A stretch of DNA of 64,000 nt from Sedimentisphaeraceae bacterium JB056 (GTDB lineage: Bacteria > Planctomycetota > Phycisphaerae > Sedimentisphaerales > Sedimentisphaeraceae). The notes under the pieces were generated by a model. It ran no database searches. It was not told the DNA's origin and worked only from the letters and a program-made list of their open reading frames with translations. The stretch covers positions 102,648 to 166,647 of the forward strand of contig JBITAJ010000011.1 of assembly GCA_044440125.1 (NCBI GenBank), read 5' to 3'. The translations under genes and the position numbers were made by a program. Of this stretch, positions 59,383 through 64,000 are shown piece after piece. How positions within the stretch are numbered: position 1 is the first letter of the stretch; each line of letters opens with the position of its first letter.

Positions 59383-60747
59383 ATGAATGTACAAGCACCC
59401 AAGTGGGCAAATCTGGATTTGACTCAGGTCCCTGACATCAAGACCGCACTTCCCGGTCCTAAGTCAAATGCTATGCACGAAAGATGTACAAAATATTTTA
59501 AGGGTCTTAGCGGACAGGTAAAACTTTTCCCTGTTGCGTTTGAAAGTGGTAAAGGATGTGAGCTTGTCGATGTTGATGGCAATCGTTATATTGATTTCTC
59601 TTCAGGAATCTACGTAACAACACTTGGTCACTGTCATCCGAAAGTAACTGAGGCGGTACAGGACATGGCAGGCAAACTTATGAATTGCCATGATTTTACA
59701 ACAGAGATTAAGACAAGGCTCGTAGAAAAGTTGGCAGAGATTCTTCCTGGCGATCTTACAGGTTTCCAATTCTATGATTCAGGAACCACGGCGGTTGAGG
59801 CCGGGCAGAGAGTTCTCCGTGCTGCGACAGGTAAGCATGAGATGATTTCCTGTTTCTATGACTATCACGGAAAAACAATGGGTGGTGTTTCTCTTGGCCA
59901 TATTCGTTCAAAGGTTTATGGTGCTACACGTGCCCCAGGATTCCACATGGTTCCTCGTCCTGACAACTACCATCCAATGTGGACAAAGGAAGATGGCAGC
60001 ATTGATACTGATAAATACATCGAATTTTATGATGAGTATCTTGATAAGGCAACTTGTCATCAGGTTGCGGGTTTTGTGCTTGAGCCAATTCAGGGTTGGG
60101 GCGGCTCGGTTATGCCGCCGGATGATTTCTTCCCTAAGGTACGTAAGTTCTGTGATGAGAAGGGTATTCTTCTCATGGCTGATGAGGTTCTTACCAGTAT
60201 GGCAAGGACAGGTAAGTGGCTGTGTATGGAACACTGGGATGTAGTGCCGGATGTTGTAACTCTTGGTAAGGGTTTTGGTAATGGATTCCCTGTTACATGT
60301 GTTGCTGTTCGTGAGCAGTACAAAGAAAGTTTCGAGTCAATTTCTGCATCAAGTAGTTATGGTGGTAACCCGATGGCTTGTGCCGCGGCTTTAGCCTGTA
60401 TTGAGGCTATTGAAGAGGAGCAGCTTCTTGAGCGTTCAACCCATCTTGGAAATATAGCTCTTGAACGTATGGAAAAGATGAAAGCTGAGCATCCGATTAT
60501 TGGTGATGTTCGTGCAAAGGGCTGTCTGATGGGTATCGAGTTAGTTAAAGATAAAAACACTAAAGAGCCGTTTGACGAAGCCGGTAAAAGAGTGTATCAG
60601 AAGGCGTTCGAAAAGGGATTGGCATGGATTCCTGCCGGTCATATTTTAAGAATGTCTCCGCCTGTTGTTATGCAGGACGAAGTGCTTCTCAAAGGTCTTG
60701 ATATGATAGACGAGGCCATAGGCGAAACAGAAAAAGAATTGTTGTAA
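59383..60747 (+). CDS. Class III PLP aminotransferase
   Basis: DVDGNRYIDFSSG, YHGKT, EPIQG, ADEV, LGKGFGNGFP, GGNPMAC. Confidence 0.92.
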   Translation: MNVQAPKWANLDLTQVPDIKTALPGPKSNAMHERCTKYFKGLSGQVKLFPVAFESGKGCELVDVDGNRYIDFSSGIYVTTLGHCHPKVTEAVQDMAGKLMNCHDFTTEIKTRLVEKLAEILPGDLTGFQFYDSGTTAVEAGQRVLRAATGKHEMISCFYDYHGKTMGGVSLGHIRSKVYGATRAPGFHMVPRPDNYHPMWTKEDGSIDTDKYIEFYDEYLDKATCHQVAGFVLEPIQGWGGSVMPPDDFFPKVRKFCDEKGILLMADEVLTSMARTGKWLCMEHWDVVPDVVTLGKGFGNGFPVTCVAVREQYKESFESISASSSYGGNPMACAAALACIEAIEEEQLLERSTHLGNIALERMEKMKAEHPIIGDVRAKGCLMGIELVKDKNTKEPFDEAGKRVYQKAFEKGLAWIPAGHILRMSPPVVMQDEVLLKGLDMIDEAIGETEKELL

Positions 60748-60758
60748 TTCTGTACCTC

Positions 60759-60794
60759 ACCCTGCGTCAAGTAGTTAGTTACCTGACGCAGGGT
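60759..60794. other. Intergenic stem-loop between the aminotransferase and dehydrogenase genes
   Basis: ACCCTGCGTCA / TGACGCAGGGT; no T run on the plus strand. Confidence 0.6.
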
Positions 60795-60840
60795 ACTTAA
60801 AAAATTATTAAGGATCAACGTCCGTTTTTCGGAGGTTATT

Positions 60841-62094
60841 ATGGTTAAAGATACCATACTCAACATTTCAAGATACAATCTTGAGAAATCGGCTCAAAGA
60901 ACAGGACTGAGCCGGTCTATTTTTGATAAGATTGCTTTCCCGAAAGAAATGATAGAACTGAGGCTCAGCCCTATTCTTTCTGATGGCAAAATAGCAAATA
61001 TTGAAGCTTATATCGTTAGGTATAATGATATTCTTGGGCCTTCTAAGGGAGGTATAAGGATGATACCTGAAGTTACTCTTGACGATGTTGCCGGGCTTGC
61101 GATGGAGATGACATGGAAAACGTCGCTTGTAGGTGTTCCTTTTGGTGGCGGTAAGTCGGGCATCCGGTTTGATTCTCAAAGTGTAAACCCTGAAGACAAA
61201 GAGATTATCATCCGTGCATTTGCCAGAAGTGCAGCAAGGCATATGGGGCCGGAACTTTATGTACCCGCACCGGACATGGGAACCAATGAAAGAGACATGG
61301 GACATATTCGTGACTGTATCTCATATTCACAGGGTATATCCATTACTCGCGGCTGTTTCGTAACGGGTAAGCCAATCATACTTGGAGGTATTCCGGGCAG
61401 AAGGCAGGCAACAGGACGGGGAGTTATATATACAACTGCGGCAGCCTGTGAAAAACTTGGCTTAAGCTTTGAGGGACTCGAAATCGTAATACAGGGTTTT
61501 GGTAATGTCGGCTGTGAGGCTGCAATAGAAGCTGCTGTACGCGGCGCAAAAATAATTGCAGTCGCGGATGTAAATGCTGCGGTATTTAACCAAAACGGAC
61601 TTGACGTAAAAGCTTTGGCACAGTATGCTGCCGACAATAGGACGGTTGAGGGATTTGCAGGTGGTCAGGAACTGAATAAAGATGATATTTTTGCGATCAA
61701 ATGTGATTGTCTGATACCTGCTGCGGCAGGCTCGCAGATAACCGTCAACAATGCTTCTGACATCAGGGCTAAGCTGATTGCTGAAGGTGCAAATGCTCCG
61801 ACAACACCCGATGCTGATGATATTTTGAATAAAAAGGGCATATTCATTATTCCTGATATTCTGTGTAATGCCGGTGGTGTTTTTGTCTCGTATCTTGAAT
61901 ATGTACAGGAAACACAGCACGAACAGATGACAGAACAGCAGGTCAACCAGCGTCTGCTTGAAAGAATGACAAAGTGTTTTAATGATGTCTATGAATATTC
62001 AAAACAGCACAAACTTGAAATGCGTCAGGCAGCGATGGATATTGCCGTAAGCAGGGTGGTTGAAGGTGTTAAAGCACGAGGATTGTTGCCGTAG
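60841..62094 (+). CDS. Glu/Leu/Phe/Val dehydrogenase (glutamate dehydrogenase-like)
   Basis: GPSKGGIR, MTWK, PFGGGKSG, PAPDMGT, QGFGNVG, EGANAP, NAGGV. Confidence 0.93.
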   Translation: MVKDTILNISRYNLEKSAQRTGLSRSIFDKIAFPKEMIELRLSPILSDGKIANIEAYIVRYNDILGPSKGGIRMIPEVTLDDVAGLAMEMTWKTSLVGVPFGGGKSGIRFDSQSVNPEDKEIIIRAFARSAARHMGPELYVPAPDMGTNERDMGHIRDCISYSQGISITRGCFVTGKPIILGGIPGRRQATGRGVIYTTAAACEKLGLSFEGLEIVIQGFGNVGCEAAIEAAVRGAKIIAVADVNAAVFNQNGLDVKALAQYAADNRTVEGFAGGQELNKDDIFAIKCDCLIPAAAGSQITVNNASDIRAKLIAEGANAPTTPDADDILNKKGIFIIPDILCNAGGVFVSYLEYVQETQHEQMTEQQVNQRLLERMTKCFNDVYEYSKQHKLEMRQAAMDIAVSRVVEGVKARGLLP

Positions 62095-62124
62095 AAGAAG
62101 ATAATAATCATAAAGGAAGATAAA

Positions 62125-63270
62125 ATGAAAATTGTAAAATTTGGTATTATAGGTTGTGGACTTATGGGGCGTGAATTCGCCAGCGCAGCTGCAAGATGGC
62201 TCCATCTTACCGAAATGGCTGTGAGGCCTGAAATTATAGCGGTTTGCAACAGATCTCCTGAGAAGATGGATTGGTTTAAGGATAATATTCCCACTGTCAC
62301 TCAGGTTACGACTGATTACAGAGAAATTTTGGCTAATGATGAGATAGATGCTGTTTATATTGCTGTACCACATGATTTGCATGCTGAATTTTACTGTGAA
62401 GCGATAAAAGCAGGTAAGCATTTGCTTGGTGAAAAGCCTTTTGGTATTGATTTGCAAGCGAATGTTGAAATATCCAAATGCATCAAAGACAATCCTGGTG
62501 TGTTTGTCAGATGTGCCAGTGAGTTTCCATTTTTCCCAGCAGCACAACGAATTGGCCGAATGATTGAAGACAATGTGTTTGGACAGATTATCGAGGTTAA
62601 CAGCGGTTTTCTACATTCCAGTGATATGGATTTCGGCAAACCTATAAACTGGAAGAGGACGATAGAGTCAAATGGTGAGTACGGCTGTATGGGTGATTTA
62701 GGTATGCATACCTGTCATATGCCTTTCCGTGCCGGCTGGAAGCCGATTAATGTGAGTGCATCGCTGAGTAATATTGTCAAAGAGCGTCCTGATGGAAAGG
62801 GCGGAATGGCTCCATGTAAAACATGGGATAATGCCACATTAATGTGTAAGACGTTTGATCCTGCAACTCAGAGTTATTTTCCGATGACAATAAAGACGCA
62901 TCGTATTTCTCCGGGAAATAAAAACACGTGGTATATCGAAATTCAGGGTACTAAGGCATCTGTTAAATGGAGTACTAAACAGATAAATACTCTTGAGATT
63001 ATGGAGTACACAGGTGGAGAGCAGGCTTGGCAAGTGATTGATATGGGACACGAGATGACTTACAAGTCTATTACAGGTGGTATTTTTGAAGCAGGCTTTT
63101 CAGATTCAATGCTTCAGATGTGGGCAGCGTTTCTTTATGAAATGGTTCATGGCAAGCATAAATCAAAGTTTGCGAGTTGCGTAACTCCTGATGAAGTTGC
63201 CTTAAGTCATAAGCTTTTTACCGCTGCTTTGCAGGCGTACAAAGATTCGACTGTAATAGAAATCAAATAA
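62125..63270 (+). CDS. Gfo/Idh/MocA family oxidoreductase
   Basis: GCGLMG, GEKP, GCMGDLGMH. Confidence 0.9.
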   Translation: MKIVKFGIIGCGLMGREFASAAARWLHLTEMAVRPEIIAVCNRSPEKMDWFKDNIPTVTQVTTDYREILANDEIDAVYIAVPHDLHAEFYCEAIKAGKHLLGEKPFGIDLQANVEISKCIKDNPGVFVRCASEFPFFPAAQRIGRMIEDNVFGQIIEVNSGFLHSSDMDFGKPINWKRTIESNGEYGCMGDLGMHTCHMPFRAGWKPINVSASLSNIVKERPDGKGGMAPCKTWDNATLMCKTFDPATQSYFPMTIKTHRISPGNKNTWYIEIQGTKASVKWSTKQINTLEIMEYTGGEQAWQVIDMGHEMTYKSITGGIFEAGFSDSMLQMWAAFLYEMVHGKHKSKFASCVTPDEVALSHKLFTAALQAYKDSTVIEIK

Positions 63271-63280
63271 CAGGTTATAA

Positions 63281-63309
63281 TAAAAGGCAGGCACAAGACA
63301 GTGCCTGCC
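63281..63309 (-). terminator. Hairpin between convergent genes; T tail on the minus strand
   Basis: GGCAGGCAC / GTGCCTGCC preceded by AAAA on the plus strand. Confidence 0.6.
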
Positions 63310-63460
63310 CATGTTGTTTAGCATTACTATGACGCTCGGGTTGCTTCCCGGCATTGCCCTATCCTTCATAGTAATATTAAGATTGTAATAAATATGTTGA
63401 TAGCTTAAAAGCGATAAATCACAAGATTTAGCATTGTTTAATTGGGCCGATCTCTATGAA

Positions 63461-63937
63461 TTATGCACTATCTATACGGTTGGCGTAGATTCCTGGTGTG
63501 GATTTATGTATTTCCTGTGCATCAAGTGTTTTCTTGTAGTAGTCTATAGGACCTGCTCCACCGACTATTGCGTATGCATAGCCGTTTTCTCTCATAGCGG
63601 CCATGGATTGAAGCAGTAATGATTTGCCTATACCTCTGCCTTGATATTCTTCGAGAACACCGGTTGGGCCGAAGAAATTTATGCATGTGGCATCGTATGC
63701 TGCAAAACCAATAATAGAGTTGTTCTTTACTGCCATGAAGCATGATATTGGCTGATTATAGAATGCTGCCTGTGCCTGCATTGCCCAGCTTTGACCGTAA
63801 TTGTCCTCAACCCACTTAACTACTATCCTGCTCTCAAAAGGCATTGGCCTTCGGATTTCAATATCAAGTTCTTTCATTTTTGACATTGATGATGATAATT
63901 CAGGTAAATCATAAAGCCTTACTATTAAGTCAGCCAT
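63461..63937 (-). CDS. GNAT-family N-acetyltransferase
   Basis: FGPTGV...QGRGIGKSLL acetyl-CoA motif. Confidence 0.88.
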   Translation of the reverse strand: MADLIVRLYDLPELSSSMSKMKELDIEIRRPMPFESRIVVKWVEDNYGQSWAMQAQAAFYNQPISCFMAVKNNSIIGFAAYDATCINFFGPTGVLEEYQGRGIGKSLLLQSMAAMRENGYAYAIVGGAGPIDYYKKTLDAQEIHKSTPGIYANRIDSA

Positions 63938-64000
63938 TTTAATCCTCTGTTACTTTATTAAGTGATGTGTCGTGGGCTTTAATATATTCATCTTCCCAGT

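Overview
Bacterial chromosome window, probably from an anaerobic Planctomycetota (Phycisphaerae-like). This is inferred from the prepilin/H-X9-DG genes, dockerin-like repeats and large secreted modular proteins. Positions 1-21.5 kb are housekeeping-type: MscS, recQ-dinB, ECF sigma plus a small membrane partner, PPIase-acpS-mnmG, a GAF-PP2C phosphatase, a trimeric [FeFe]-hydrogenase operon with a HydB/NuoF-GltD fusion subunit and a structured 5' leader, a radical SAM-HhH protein, cysK, PIN-TRAM, then an intact tRNA-Lys(TTT). An accessory region follows the tRNA. It holds three decayed integrase/att modules, two near-identical D-arm-less tRNA-like 3' fragments (anticodons GTC and GTT, 882 bp apart) and five fragments of an rve-type IS family. 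It carries two glycan-utilisation loci. The first (23.3-36.0 kb) has a prepilin, a BNR-like secreted protein, XylR, GH38, SSS and an FG-GAP protein. The second (37.6-52.6 kb) has LacI, UroD-like, AGE-like, an esterase, SSS, a prepilin and three paralogues of an unassigned beta-helix-like enzyme domain. The window ends with a divergent DeoR-associated amino-sugar-like catabolic cluster (53.7-63.9 kb). All calls come from reading motifs by eye; no database searches were run.
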